64,000 bases of DNA from Mobula hypostoma. Its lineage: Eukaryota. Below, piece after piece: positions 1-13,168 of this stretch (within the stretch, counting starts at the first letter, position 1; the number at the start of each line of letters is the position of its first letter). The notes beneath the pieces are model-generated. The model did no database searches, was not told the DNA's origin, and worked only from the letters and a program-made list of their open reading frames with translations. The DNA lies in assembly GCF_963921235.1 (NCBI RefSeq), contig NC_086097.1:242608001-242672000 (forward strand), in the 5' to 3' direction. A program made the position numbers and the translations under genes.

Positions 1-282
1 AAACTGCCAGCACCAATCTTTGCACCTTAAAATAGAAAGGAAAACTCCGTTTTAAAACGAAGCTGCGTCATGACAAATACGCAGCATAACGGAGTAACTG
101 ACGTACTAACACAAAACTAAACTGAAAACTAACTGCGTCACACCAGGGGTCTCCTTTATACCTGTTGAGAACAGGTCATCATGTGACCTCACACTGGCAG
201 GAAAATTACATCATGTGACCTCCGCAAGACCATTACATCATGCTCATAAGACAGTCACAAAATACCCACAGGGTATGAAACA
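1..282 (-). mobile_element. Probable LTR (partial, runs off the window)
   Basis: Minus strand starts TGTTTCATACCC at 282. It has a TATAAA-like box and short internal repeats (CATCATGTGACCTC x2), with a sharp boundary to the CR1 fragment. Confidence 0.45.
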
Positions 283-284
283 CT

Positions 285-498
285 ATGCAAACCTCTTAAA
301 CGTTGAAATTGAGCTTGCATGCACCACTTGCTCATAGCTCATTCCACACTCTCACCACCCCGAGTGAAAGTTTCTCCTCATGTTCCCCTCAAACTTTTCG
401 CCATTCATCCTTAACCTATGACCTTTGGTTGTAGTCCCATACAATCTCAGTGGAAAAAGCCTGCTTGCATTTACCTCATCTATACTCCTCATAATTTT
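285..498 (-). mobile_element. CR1 LINE ORF2 3' fragment, degenerate
   Basis: Resembles the CR1 copy at 29039-29873 (KIMRG...LFP...RVV..WN region). Confidence 0.75.
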
Positions 499-2329
499 CA
501 GCTGAAGTTTTTAGTCTCGTGTTTGATAATTTACATCAAACCAAACAGATTGACAGCAGTGAGTGACAGCCTTAAGGAATATTAAGAAACCTCAGTACAC
601 AAAGTCCAAGGATGCCCGAAGATAGCAGTGCAGTTAGATAGGATGCAGAAGGCATATGGGATGCATGACTTCGTTAGCCAGGACAGAGAACACAAGAGTA
701 AGGATATTGTGGTACAATTTGGTTGCTACTAAGAAAGGTCATTTCTGTCAAATCCTCCATAAACAGCTGGAGATCAAGGTGCCAAGACACATTGCCTTAA
801 AAGTATATAGAGTGGGTATAAGGTGGCCTTTCATTCCCATCCCGATTTATGCTTACCAAGGATGTCTGGAAAGGGAAATGGAATTGTCAAGGTTCACACA
901 AGCAGCTACATAAGACAGGACTACGAGCTGTCTGCAGGGACACGCAACTGCTCTTTCTCAATCTGGTGAAAGATGCCATTTGGTCTGTCTGACACCTCCA
1001 TGTTCCAGTGAAAAGAGCTATACATAAACAAACATTGCAAACAGACATTCTCAAAGACCCAGGTCCACATGTTCAGGGTCTCAATAAATCTTGTCTGCTC
1101 CAGAAAGCTTCCATGGTTTTAAGGCTAATGCACATCAAAAAGCTGGAACTTGAATAAAAATCTCTTGACATGCTCATGGAATATATGAGAAATAAAACTG
1201 ATGTCATCCAGAAATAATTTAAGTCTTCTGGGTAACTGAAATGATTTGTACTATGAATTGTGACATAAGTGTACAATATTCGCAAAAATACAAATAAAGA
1301 CTATTTCTACTGAAATGCATGCCACAAATTCCCAGCACAGTATGCTTTTCAACACTGCAGGCTCTTAAAAGCATCAAATCAGTTTACTGGAGACACACAT
1401 TCAGGGCTTAAATAGATGCTCCTGAACTTTATGATACAGTAATTCATTTACCTGAAGAAAATTCAGCTCTTTAACAAAACACTGCCAACAGCATCAGCAG
1501 AGAATTTCCTCCAGTAGCAAAGATGGGAATAGCTCATTATGCACATATTTTTAAATATCAATAAATCTTTGCTTTCAAACTGATACCCTTCCAAATGCTA
1601 TTGTTTTGCTACGGTGTAGAGATTCCATATTGCACCACATGAAACACCAACTACAGGATGCTTGAAGACAGTCATCGGTACTATTAGAAAATAATATTTG
1701 TCTAATATGTCTAAGATGGGGTGTTCACTCGGTGGAAGACAAGCTGGATTGCGTTTGTCTGTGGCTGCCACTAGCACGAGATGAGGAAACGCTGTGTGTG
1801 TGCTTGTTCTTGCAGATATGTGGCTCCAGGACAACACTGCACGTACCATCAATCTGGTGATGTATGGGTTAGGGTTAGTAGTTGTGGGCATGTCAAGTTA
1901 ATGCTGGAAGTGTGCTGCCCCTAGCACATGTGCAGCGTGCGTTGGTCATTGATGCAAAATGGCGCACTTCAATGTATGTTTTGAAGTACGCATGACAAAT
2001 AAAATATTTAAGAGAATAATTGCAATATTTTACTGGAACAAATCCAAATGAACGCACTCTAAAATCCTCAAACAAGCCTCAATTAAATGTCTAGAATCAA
2101 TGACGAATCGAAACAGGATGTTCAGTATTGCATGTCTGCAACAATTCAGTAACATTTCACATCTTGCGTCTCATTTAGAGACAATGCTAAGGATAACCAA
2201 AGTTAGATTCCACTGCCAATTAAATTTGTAATGGCTCTGTTTGCATGCATGTGACTGATGTTACACATGATTTATATACAACTATTCTTTATATTTATCT
2301 GGAAAAATTACTTTTCCTCAGTAGGAAGC

Positions 2330-2775
2330 TCAAAGTTCGAAGTGAATTTATTATCAAAGTATGAACTTGTCACAAAGTACTACCCTGGGATTCATTTTCT
2401 TGCAGACATTTATAGTAGATACAAAGAAATACAACAAAATCAATGAGAAACTACACAAAAACAGATAGACAACCAATGTACAAATGGTGGCAAAATATGC
2501 AAATACAAATAAGTCAAAAGTAAAAATAATATTGAGAACACGAGTTGTAGAGTCCTTGAAAGTGAATCCATAATTTGTGGAGACAGTTAAGTGTTGAGGA
2601 GAGTGAAGTTATCCACACTGGTTCAAGAGCACGATGGTAGAGGGATAATAACTGTTCCTGAACCTGGTGGTGTGCATCCTAAGGCTCCTGTAGCACCTTC
2701 TTGATGGTAGCAGCGAGAAGAGAGCACGGCCTGGGTGGTGGTGATCCCTGATGACAGATGCGGCTTTCTTCAAGG
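2330..2775 (-). mobile_element. Rex1-like LINE 3' end/3'UTR
   Basis: Shares the ACTTTGATAATAAA..TTTGAA tail and RT C-terminal remnant with the copies at 9100-9590 and 16590-17020. Confidence 0.6.
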
Positions 2776-3279
2776 AGTTCCACCGTCCAAGCCATGCTTA
2801 TTTAGAGTTCATAAACTACATAAATAGTTTTCTGTATAGATGGCATTTTATCCTTAATAATAAGAGTATTTGCTGCAGAAAAAATACCACTTCTCTCTTT
2901 CCATCTGTAGGTGCAGTGCTGTCAATACTTTTTTGTACTAAGTAGTAGACCACATTATTCATGGAGCCTCAGTATAAATTATTTGGAGAATCAATTCACC
3001 ATTACCTCCAACCAGGAATGAAATGAAAGCAAGACTCCAGATTTCTACTTTTGTTATAAATTGCTTTTTAAAAGATGTTAAAAAAGTACAACGTGCAATT
3101 ATGTATTAAATAGAGAACCTTTTACCTGAAATATCAGCACGGAAGAGAAAGGAAGAGTTTTCATTTCACAATGAATGTGAAGTATCTTAGCTATACAAAA
3201 GGCCGTAGCAACCTGTGACAACTAAGCAAGGTTTTACAAAATGATTGCAATTGTATTCAGAAGTACCAGCACTGAGTGC

Positions 3280-3822
3280 AGACAATGCCAAATGGTCACT
3301 GACTAGTCACTAACAGTTTCTTAACTAGCGTCAGTCACATGCAGTTGTGTGGCGTTAGACACTATACCTTGCTTAGAGCAAACAGTTTTTAAATAGCATT
3401 AGATATGTGTGCTTGTGTTGTTATGTTATTCATTTGGGTTGATGGATGCTGAATTAAGAAGTGATTTTTTTTGACATTACTTCATGTAGGAAGGCAATGA
3501 AGGCAGTCCATCATCTGCACTGTGTCCACACGGATTTTGTTCATTTATAGTCAAAAGAACATAGCAGCACAAACTGTATGAATTTCTTTGTTGATAACTA
3601 TTAGGAACTAATACAGTTCTATAGTACTGCAGAAGTATTAGTAGACTTCTAATTTGTTCTGTATTTCATATAAATATATCATTTGTTACTCAGTTAAATG
3701 GTAGCTTGTCTTTTTTTATACCTTTTTAAACTATTTCCATGAAACTTTGGCTAATTGGGGTAGCTGCTTAATTGGGTCAAAATGTATTGGTCCTGATGTA
3801 CTCAATTAACTGGAACCTACTG
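3280..3822 (-). mobile_element. Tc1/mariner-superfamily non-autonomous element fragment
   Basis: Reverse complement of the left part of 54536-55332. It ends ...TTAACTGGAACCTACTG followed by TA. Confidence 0.65.
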
Positions 3823-5409
3823 TACATTAGACATTTGAATTTGGTTTTACAGGAACTCGATTGTATGTTGGAAGAGGGAGGGTGTTTATAAAATGGGAAT
3901 TCTATTTACCTGGTTGGTGCAGATCAAGCTGATTGAAATCTTAGAACACACATCTTGAACAAAAGATTTGCGCACAATGGGTCAAGACTCCATACTGACA
4001 AATATCAACTGAGAATATAATGAAATGCTTGTCAAAAATACAAGTGCCTACATATTACAGTTCCTAGAAAATAATCCTAGTCACCATAATGCAAAGTTAT
4101 ATCATATACAAATGCATTAAGAAAAATAGAGTTAAAAAATGTTTATGCCCCATCACACCCTACACAACCTGACAAATTCTTAGAGGAAATTTTATTCAGC
4201 ATCTCAAACTTTTGGGTAGTCATTTGTGAATTCTGTATGGCCTGTTTTCATTACCTAAACAATGGTAAAAGCAAGGGTTGCATGTAATTGTAGACTCAAC
4301 AGTAACAAAGAGATCTTCCATGCAACTAACCACAGGTGCATTTTCACCTACCTTCCATTGGCAGCAAGGCCTGAAGCAAAACCATTGCTGTGTGCTAGTT
4401 TTATAAACTGTATTCCAAAATTCAAAGCAAGTTTATTATCAAACTAGGTATGTCACCATATACTACCTTGAGATTCAGTTTCTTGTAGGCATTCGCAGTA
4501 GAAAATACAATAGAATCAATGAAAAAACTACACAGAAACAAAGACTGACAAACAGCGTGCAAATAAAAAAAATAATAATAAATAAATAATACTGAAAACG
4601 TTTATTGTAGAGTCCTTGAAAGTGAGTCCATAGCTCGCATTGAGGTGAAGTTATATCAGAAAGCAAACAACTTAACATAGAATCACAAGAAAGAAATCCT
4701 CTTAATAAATTTGAGGATAACAGCCTGTCCATAATCTTGGGTTGGTTAATCAGCAGGTCCTGCAGTAAATACTCAGTATGCTATGCTTTATGCTGGAAAG
4801 GTAAAAGGAGTATTATTTAAATACCCTCCACGAATGAGTGCTTTAATCAGCTCCAGGTTCTCCAGTTGACAAATCAGGCCATTCTTTAAAATCAGTAAGT
4901 TAAAAACATTGTAACTCCTGTGCTAAACTAATTCCAGGCACGGAGGTTTTAATTATGTATTGAGAAATATTAGATAAGTAGATTATTCTCAATGTTTTAT
5001 CATGTAAATTATTTCAAATTTCACCTAAATAACCAATGTTATCACTTCAAAGTCTTGGGATAAATTTCAAATGAAGTTGAATTCTGCATCAATGCTAGCC
5101 TTTCAGAGATCTAACAAAGATACCAGGTATTACTTTATGTACATACATAGTGTAGCAGCTTTATGTTTATAGTCTGCACTCGTTCAAGAGTTTTCCCCGT
5201 TTTCTGAAACTAGATAGATAGATAACTCCAATCTCCATGTAGGGGTGGTTGAAGCTAGTTTCATTATTTACCAACATGTTACAGTTCGCAAGGAGCTGGT
5301 GTAAAAAGACCATACTTCTCAGCGTTCTAATGAAAGGCAGATTTAAATATCGATTGAAATGCTCTAACAAGTACTTCTAACGAATGAATGAATATACAAG
5401 TGATTATAT

Positions 5410-5620
5410 GGTTGTTCGTCCATCGTCGATGAAGACCTCGACACCATTATGATGGTGTCGAGACTAGCACGTGATTTGGATTTAAGTGAGGGAGAGTTGC
5501 GCAGCGTCAGCCTCACTCTCTCTTCCCAATTCCCATCTGGATCCAGTGGCAAGACAGAGTCTAGAGGGCTGGAGATGGGACTAGGTGCAGTGGATGACCA
5601 GGACGTCTTCCACCAGGACA
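5410..5620 (-). mobile_element. Short RTE-type retroelement 3' fragment with TSD
   Basis: Flanked by the direct repeat TGATTATAT (5401-5409 and 5621-5629). It has a CAA-like tail on the minus strand and an internal 11-bp hairpin. Confidence 0.55.
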
Positions 5621-7554
5621 TGATTATATAACGGCCAATCTGATGGCGGAGGTTAATTGCTTAATGCAATCAATAGCTGTGAACCCACACACAAGCAGTG
5701 AGATCTAGTAATTAGAAATAAAGTAATAATCCAAATCTGGAAAGACACAACACTTTATGTATATATTCTAACCTTATGTATTGTATTTATTTAGTTTTTT
5801 AAAAATAGTCTTCCTTATGCAGACTGTTATTTCTGTGCTGCATTGGATCCGGAGGAACAATTATTTCATACTCCTTTAACGCCTGTAAACTGATGAATGA
5901 CAATAAACAATCTTGAATCTTCAATAGCTTTAGGTGAAGCAAAAATCCCCACTCTTCGTAGTTCTATCAGTCATGACAAAACTTAACCATTAAAACACAG
6001 GAAGGTTAAAATGTAGCTTCTCACTGTGAATCTCAATAAGAATAGTACAAATTTCTCAAGATACTAAAATAACAATTAATGTTAAGATGGGACAAATACT
6101 AGATAAAAGATTGTAACATTCTGCAATTAAATGATTTTAAAAAATTGTGCTATTTTGGTTCCCTTTTGGCAAGTATTGCCTTAGCCACATGGAAAGACAA
6201 GACTTGGACTGCTACTGAGCAGACTATCTGTGACAGGCTTGCAAGACTGGTTTCCTCTGGGACAAGATGTTTGAGGGGATGGGATAGGATGATTTGGCAT
6301 TAAGATATCAGATGGCTGGATTATTGGGATCAAAATTAACAGTGCACTGCTTTTTACAGAAAGACTCAGATTTACAACCCAAATCACTTGAGGGCTACTT
6401 GTGTGAAAGATACCAGTTTAACCATGCATGGACAAACACTGATATTTCTGTTATGTACATGAAGACAAATGTTAAAATTTGTTTCTAGTTGTATATCTAC
6501 CAAATTAATAAAAGCTTCCTTACTCAAAATGCAGGGAGTTCTCTCTTGTGGTTTGTGCATAAAAGCTAAAGATTGCATGCAATTTATCAGCCAGAAGGCT
6601 CAGAGCATTTGTTTTTATATCATGTAGCTCAAATATCCACTACTTTACAACTTAAAAATTTAACCATTAACTCAATGTAAATTTTGTACTTGCAGTTTTC
6701 AGCAACCCTATTTTAACACAAAACAACTATTTTATTTAGTATTTCATTAGAAGCCATAAAGAGGTTGAACTTCAAAATTTCTGTTGACCCATTATATTGC
6801 ACTATTTGACTATCTACAAAGTCCAAGTCTTGGAAAATCACAGGATACATTTAATTGACTTCATCTATTGATTTTACAATTAGTCTGACACAAGGGTTAG
6901 GAGTCACCAAAAGTGCATGGGACTGTTATTGTTTTAACTAAAATTAAACATTTCACCCCAGCAGAGCACACGCACAATTATGATATATATAGATGTTTAA
7001 GAGTGCTTATTCTGCAAGTGGAATTTATCTTCATAAATTATATGGAAGATTTCCTCAACAATTTGAAGCCTATGATCTACATATTGGTTGTGTATTTTTG
7101 GGCCTATTGAGTGATCTAGCACAGGGGTCCCCAACCTTTTTTGCACTGCGGACCGGTTTAATATTGACAATATTCTTGCGGACCGGCCGACCGGGGTGGG
7201 GGGTGGGGGGCTGGGTAGGGTTGTCAACGGACAAGAGTAGCAGTTAAATGCGTTGTTTACGCAAAAGACTACAATGACCATGAAGCCTTGCGCGGACACC
7301 AATGCGCATGCGCGTCGTGACCTGCTGATTCCCCCCCCCCCAGCAAATCCTTTTTGGCGATTCTGTTCGTGGGGTGGGTGTTAATCACTACTAGAATATA
7401 GGTGATAAGTGGGTAATACACTCAATTTTGTTTCTAAAAGGGTTTATCTAACGAATTTAACATTAAACACACAGCGCATATTTTCCTCGCATGAATATAA
7501 TGATAAGTCAATTATCAGGGGAGCTTGAAGTAGGTGTTGAACGAACTTCCAGTA

Positions 7555-7741
7555 GAAGTGGCAGAAGCAGGTTCGATATGATGATTTAAAGAAAAATTGG
7601 ATAGGTATATGGATAGAAAAGGAATGGAGGGTTATGGGTTGTGTGCAGGTTGGCGGGACTTGGTGAGAGTAGCGTTTGGCACGGACTAGAAGGGCCGAGA
7701 TGGCCTGTTTCCGTGCTATAATTGTTATATGGTTATATAGG
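7555..7741 (+). mobile_element. CR1 3' end inside the hAT element
   Basis: FK.KLDRYMDRKGMEGYG-like end, AAGGGCCGAGATGGCCTGTTTCCGTGCT 3'UTR and GTTATATG tail. Confidence 0.75.
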
Positions 7742-7900
7742 TCACTCATAAGTCAATAGTATCATAACATTTTAAGTAACGTTTGGATATTAAACAAACA
7801 GCACATATTTTCCCCGTATGAATATATAAAATCATTGCAACACACCAATATCGCTGAATCAGTGGGAGCCCTGGGCTTGTTTCCCTGCAACAACACCGTC

Positions 7901-8194
7901 CTATCCAGGGGTGATGGGAGACAGTGATACTCGAAGGGGGATCCTTATGTCCAGTCTATTCCGCAATTTAGTTTTCGTTGCATTCATTGTAGAAAACTCC
8001 GCTTCGCAGAAAAATGTTGGAAATGAAAGCAACATTTTCAGTACTTTCATGGCTATCTCAGGATATTTAGCCTTGACTTTGATCCAAAATGCCGACAGAG
8101 ATGTTATGTCAAACATACTTTTCAGCCCGTCGTCATTTGCAAGCTCGAGGAGTTGATCTTCTTCCCGCGCTGACATGGATGACGTGCGGGTCAT
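7901..8194 (-). pseudogene. hAT transposase C-terminal dimerisation-domain remnant
   Basis: Translates to FWIKVKAKYPEIAMKVLKMLLSFPT.FCEAEFS.M..TKTKLRNRLD...LRVSLS, typical of the Charlie/Buster C-terminus. Confidence 0.85.
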
Positions 8195-9099
8195 GACCTC
8201 GCATGCATAATGGCTGATCAGTGGCCGTGACAGGGAATGAGGAAAGGTGCAGCTGACTCATATCGCCAAATCATATCGCTTCCTCGCGGCCCGGTAGCGC
8301 ATGCTCTGCGGCCCGGTGGTTGGGGACCACTGATCTAGCACTTTGCTGTCTTTGAGTGTTCTGTGGTGCGTCCAGCCTTGAGGCCAAGAAACCTGGAGAT
8401 GGGGCACGAGCCCATGATTTGACTATTCCTCACCAATCTTGCCAACTAAAGTGCCATGGAAGATTGAAATCACTGAGGTGAGTGTAGAAAGCAAGGGGAT
8501 GCTCGGTGCTATTTATCAGCCTCTCACTCACTGCTCCCGGAGGAAGGTCCCTGCATTTGGATGCTTTCTCTCTCCCTCAATGCTGTCAGAGGATGGTGCT
8601 GGCATTCCAGGTCTTGGGCAAGGTTTAATTGATGTGGCTTGTGGATTGAACTTTGTAGTTCATGTTATGATGTATTCCTGGTCACACTTTTTTTTTTGCT
8701 GCTATTTTGGGCAATTTTGAATTGAGGTGGCCTGCAGATAACGGAATCTGAGCTGAACCGAATATACCTGGACTCTGAATATACCTGTTTTATATTCTAT
8801 GTTTCTATTGCTATTTGCATTTGTTTTTTTGTGTGTGGGGGAAGGGCTTGATAGTTCCGCTGAACTGGTTCCATGGTGTTTCATTGTTTCACAGCTGTCT
8901 GTAGGGAAGAGTCTCAGGGTTGTATACTGCATACGTACTTTGACAATAAATGTAATTTTAATCTTTGAACTTTGAAAACAGTGTACTTGCAGTGCTCTTC
9001 CCATCCCCATGTAAATTCTTTAATAAAAGCACATGCACCACAATCATGGACAACACGTCAGGCAAGGCTTTCTCAAGCTAGCCAGGTATCAAAACAACA

Positions 9100-9590
9100 A
9101 AGCCTACAAACAGAAAAGGCTGTAAAGTGGTGGATCCAGCCCAGTTCATCAAAAGCAGAGCCCTCGCTACATTGAGAAAATATATGTGGACTGTCATAAG
9201 AAAGCATCCATCAAAGAATCTCAACCACCCAGGCCATGCCCTCTTCTCACTACAAGAGGTACAGAAACCTTAAGCCCCACATCACCAGGTTCAAGAACAG
9301 TTATTACCCTACAGCAATCAGGCTCCTGAACTGGCTTGGATAACCTCGCTTACCGCAATTCTGAACTGATATATACAACCTACAGATTCACTTTCAAGGG
9401 ATCTTCATGAATCACGTTCTCTATTTTTTTATTTGCAGTTTGTCTGCTGCACATTGGTTGTTTGTCAGTCTTTGTTTATGTATAGTTTTTCATTAATTCT
9501 ACTGTTTTTCCTGAAAATGCCTGCAAGAAAATGAATTTCAAGGTAGCATACGGCAACTTACGTACTTCGATAATAAATTTACTTTAACTG
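9100..9590 (+). mobile_element. Rex1-like LINE 3' fragment
   Basis: Degenerate RT C-terminus (HPGH.LF..., RFKNSYYP.AIRLLN) plus the shared 3' tail. Confidence 0.7.
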
Positions 9591-9999
9591 CCTAAACCTT
9601 GGGAACACAGGAAATGGGCAAAAGGAATCCATGGTCAACCTTACCATGTATCTGACGCTGTCTGTTAGAGGCATCTGTAGTAAGCCAATAGCTTTCTCAG
9701 TAATATATACAATTGTAAGATGGATTAAGTTGGGTTGACCCTTGGGATGTTAGTCTTTTGAATGCCACCAACAATGCTTGAGATCGCCAAACAGCCAGGT
9801 AAGATAAGTAGCATCTAGTCTTCTGCAACAAGATGAAGATATGACAGCAATCCAAAAACATTATGTACACCTGCAAATTTGGAGAAGCAGCATTTGCAAC
9901 TGACCTACTCCTGTATAACTTTGGAGATGGATCAGTGCAGTATGATTCTAACCTAAGGTACCCTATGAGGTGGCTATGGAGGTAAGTACTGGTATCGTT

Positions 10000-10315
10000 G
10001 GGCAGCAAGGCAGCATAGCGATTAGCACAACACTTCAGACAACCCAGTAGTGAGATCAGGGTTTGATATCACCTGCTGTCTGTAAGGAGTTTGTACTCTG
10101 TCTAACCACGTGGGCTTCCCCCAGGTGCTCAGGTTTCCTCCCACATTCCAAAGACATAGGGGTTAGGGTTAATGAGTTGTGGCACGCGATGTTGGCGCAG
10201 GAAACCTGGTGGATCTTGCGAGCTGCTCAGCACAGTCCTTGCTGATTTGAGTTGATACAGATTGTGCATTTCACTGTAGGTTTTGATGTATGTGTGATAA
10301 ATAAAGCTAATCTAA
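10000..10315 (+). mobile_element. V-SINE/HE1-like SINE
   Basis: tRNA-like head and central GGAGTTTGTAC...GGTGCTC.GGTTTCCTCCCACATTCCAAAGAC block, repeated many times in the window. Confidence 0.7.
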
Positions 10316-11644
10316 TTGTTAAAGATGGATTGTTGCAATATGACTCCACTCAAGGTTTAGAATGAGGTGAATATGGATACTTGACATCACGTATACTTTC
10401 TGGAACGTTTCCCACAGACTGTGAGGCAGCAGGCGTAAACCCATTGGTTGAAATGAGATACAAGGGAAAAAAGAACTATTAGCCTGACTTGAAGAATAGG
10501 GTAAATACTGGAATCCATCATTAACGAAATAAATAGAATGGGTGTTGTCAATATGGATTTAGGATTTAAAAAGAGACATTGTATTTCTTTGTGCAACTAT
10601 CAGAAGAGACGAGGGAGGAAACAGCAAGCAATAAATAAAATGGGAGAGGAACTCAGCAAGTCAGACAGCATTTATAGCGGGAAATGACAGTCGACATTTT
10701 GAGCCGAAACCCTTGATGTGGTGAATTTAGATATTCTGAACACCTTGGACTAGGATGATGGTGGTAATATATCAGTGGCTGTCACTCTTACTTTAATTAC
10801 TGTTTGGTCCACAATGGAGCCAAGACCCTGATGAGGTCTGGAGGAGAGAGCTCTTGCTGAGCATAAGTGGTCTTTACAAAACCCAGATGAGGCATCAATT
10901 TGAAGATTACTTAAAACTGTTTGAAGACACTGATAACATTACCTAAAGACAGAGTAGACAGCTTGCTTGTAATTATCCAGATTGCATGTGACCTTTTTTG
11001 TAAATGGGACATGACTGGGCAATTTTCAAAATTGTTGAGTAGGTGTCAGTGCAGTAACTATCTGGGGCAGTACAGCGAGAGACACACCTAAAAGTGGAAG
11101 TCAGTTATACAGCTCTGATGTTGTATGTTCCTATAGCCTACGCTGTATTTAGTACTATCAACAGATTCAGATTAATTTCATCGTAAGTATATTGAAACAT
11201 AGTGAAGTGTGCAGTTGGCATCAACAACCAACTCAACATAAAGATGTGCCAGAGGCAGCCAACAAATGTTGCCCAACTTTCCGGCCCCAACGTAGCATGC
11301 CCACAATGTTCAGCAGAACAATACAAACAATAGCAACAACACAAAAGCAGAACAAGCCCCTTTCTCACTCTCCACCCACCCACACCGCAGGCGGGCCTCC
11401 AAACTCAATCAGCAGTTTCTTGATATATCAGTGAATTAGCATTGCTGAAGACTGGTTTCTGTGATGGAGGGGATTTTCTGAGGAAGCCGAGATGGTTTAA
11501 TGATAACATGCAGCTACAGATACAAATCATACAAACATTGAAAATCATAAAAAGTGCTTCGAATGCTACATTAATTTTATTTATAGATGCACCTGCATTG
11601 AACTTTAAGCATCACAGGTCTCTGCAAAATAAATACCAAATGTC

Positions 11645-12457
11645 ATTTTTCAAAGTACATTTATTATCCAAGTATGTATGCATTATACAGCCTTGAGATT
11701 CGTCTCCTTACAGGCAGCCACAAGACAAAGAAACACAATAGAAACCATTTAAAGTAGACCATCAAACACCAAATGTGCAGGGGGAAAAAATCAATAGAAG
11801 TAAGTAACATTCAGAACTGAAGCTCAGGAAAAGTGATTCCATAGCCACGAAGCCAGTCATCACTGCAGCTAAACCAGGCCACAGCTTCAGTTCAGCCAGT
11901 AAACTTCACGGAGCAGCAAGCTGAATGCGAGCCTGTCCCTTGCTTCTGGCCCTGACACCTTAACCTTTTCAATCTGCCTCAGTGCTTAAATCAGCCAAAC
12001 ATCGTGTCTTTTCTCGCTCTCAGACCCAGGCCCTGCCGCTTCGATATGTTTTTGAGCCCGGGACCTGCCACCTGTCCCCAACCTTTCCAATTCAGCCTGG
12101 CACTTAAATCAGTCAAACCTCAGCTTGTTCCTTAGTTCAGGCCTAGGCACCACCGCCTCAATTCTGCCTCATCTCTAAGTCCCCTCCTGTTAACTAAACA
12201 TTGACTTGTTGCCCGTTCAAGTCTGGGCACTGTTGCTATAGTTCAGTCCATTCACAGCATGTCGCAACTGTCCTGCACCTTCAAGAGTTCAGTTCACACT
12301 GCAAAAACGCCAGGTTGTAAAGCTCGACTACAAAAGGGAAGTTACAGGCTATTGATTGAATTGATTGTATTTGAGAAAAAGTGTGATGAATAAAGTAATT
12401 AATAGTTATTTTTGCTATCATCACCACTGTGCTTCACCAGTGTCATCTTAAACCAGA
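11645..12457 (-). mobile_element. Non-coding LINE-derived element with Rex1-like 3' tail
   Basis: Tail similar to the Rex1-like copies, with a non-coding, internally repetitive body. Confidence 0.4.
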
Positions 12458-12635
12458 AAACTTTTTATGATAAGACTCCAGCAAATATGGCAGACTGCTA
12501 CAGTAACAAACAAGCCCACACCAGATGGATAATTTAAGTCATACTGCATTTGCTGGGGGGAAAAAGCCTAGCTAACAAAATTTAAATGCAATTTCTCCAG
12601 CTGGATTGAATTCAAGAAATGCAGTCACAGGGATA

Positions 12636-13137
12636 CGAGGAGTGATTGATAAGTTCGTGGCCTACGGTAGAAGGGAGTCAATTTTAGAAAACCTAGCACA
12701 TTTATTTTTCAACATAATCTCCTCCTACATTTACACACACAGTCCAGCAGTTGTGGAGCATACAGTTCCCTTCTTTGTCGAAGTTGGCATCTTGGACCTC
12801 CAGAAAGTGGTCCACAGCAGAGGTGATTGATGAGTTCGTGCCCTAAGGTAGAATGAGATGAGTTATTAACTTCAAACTTTCTGCATAACCACTCAAACAG
12901 TTGAACTGCATGTGCATGTAATGAGAGCTGTATAACTCACCTCCTTCTACCTCAGGCCACGAACTTATCAATCACCCCTGCTGTGGACACTTTCTGGAGG
13001 TCCAAGATCCGTATACTCCACAACCACTGGACTAAGTGTGTAAATGTAGGAGGGGACTATGTTGAAAAATAAATGTGCTAAGTTTTCTAAAATTGACTCC
13101 TTTTACCTTAAGCCATGAATTTATTAATCACCCCTCG
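12636..13137. mobile_element. Mariner-type foldback MITE
   Basis: TA on both sides. Termini CGAGGAGTGATTGATAAG / TTATTAATCACCCCTCG, and the two halves are long imperfect inverted repeats. Confidence 0.85.
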
Positions 13138-13168
13138 TAGATTGGGTATTTTGATATCCAATACTCCA

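Larger units (their letters stand above)
7122..8332 (-). mobile_element. Non-autonomous hAT (Charlie/Buster-type) DNA transposon
   Basis: TIRs CAGGGGTCCCCAACC / GGTTGGGGACCACTG and a perfect 8-bp TSD ATCTAGCA (7114-7121, 8333-8340). Contains a transposase C-terminal remnant. Confidence 0.92.

Noticed and set aside
1445..1462. Minus-strand YAG|GTAAA recursive splice-site candidates (also ~3122-3135)
   Set aside because: Short motifs expected by chance in 64 kb; unsupported without RNA data.
3910..4008. Minus-strand coding exon with AG/GTAAAT boundaries
   Set aside because: Stops in all frames and only a moderate donor.
7901..8194. ZBED5/FAM200-like host gene exon
   Set aside because: It lies between hAT TIRs with a TSD and is only a degenerate C-terminal stub.
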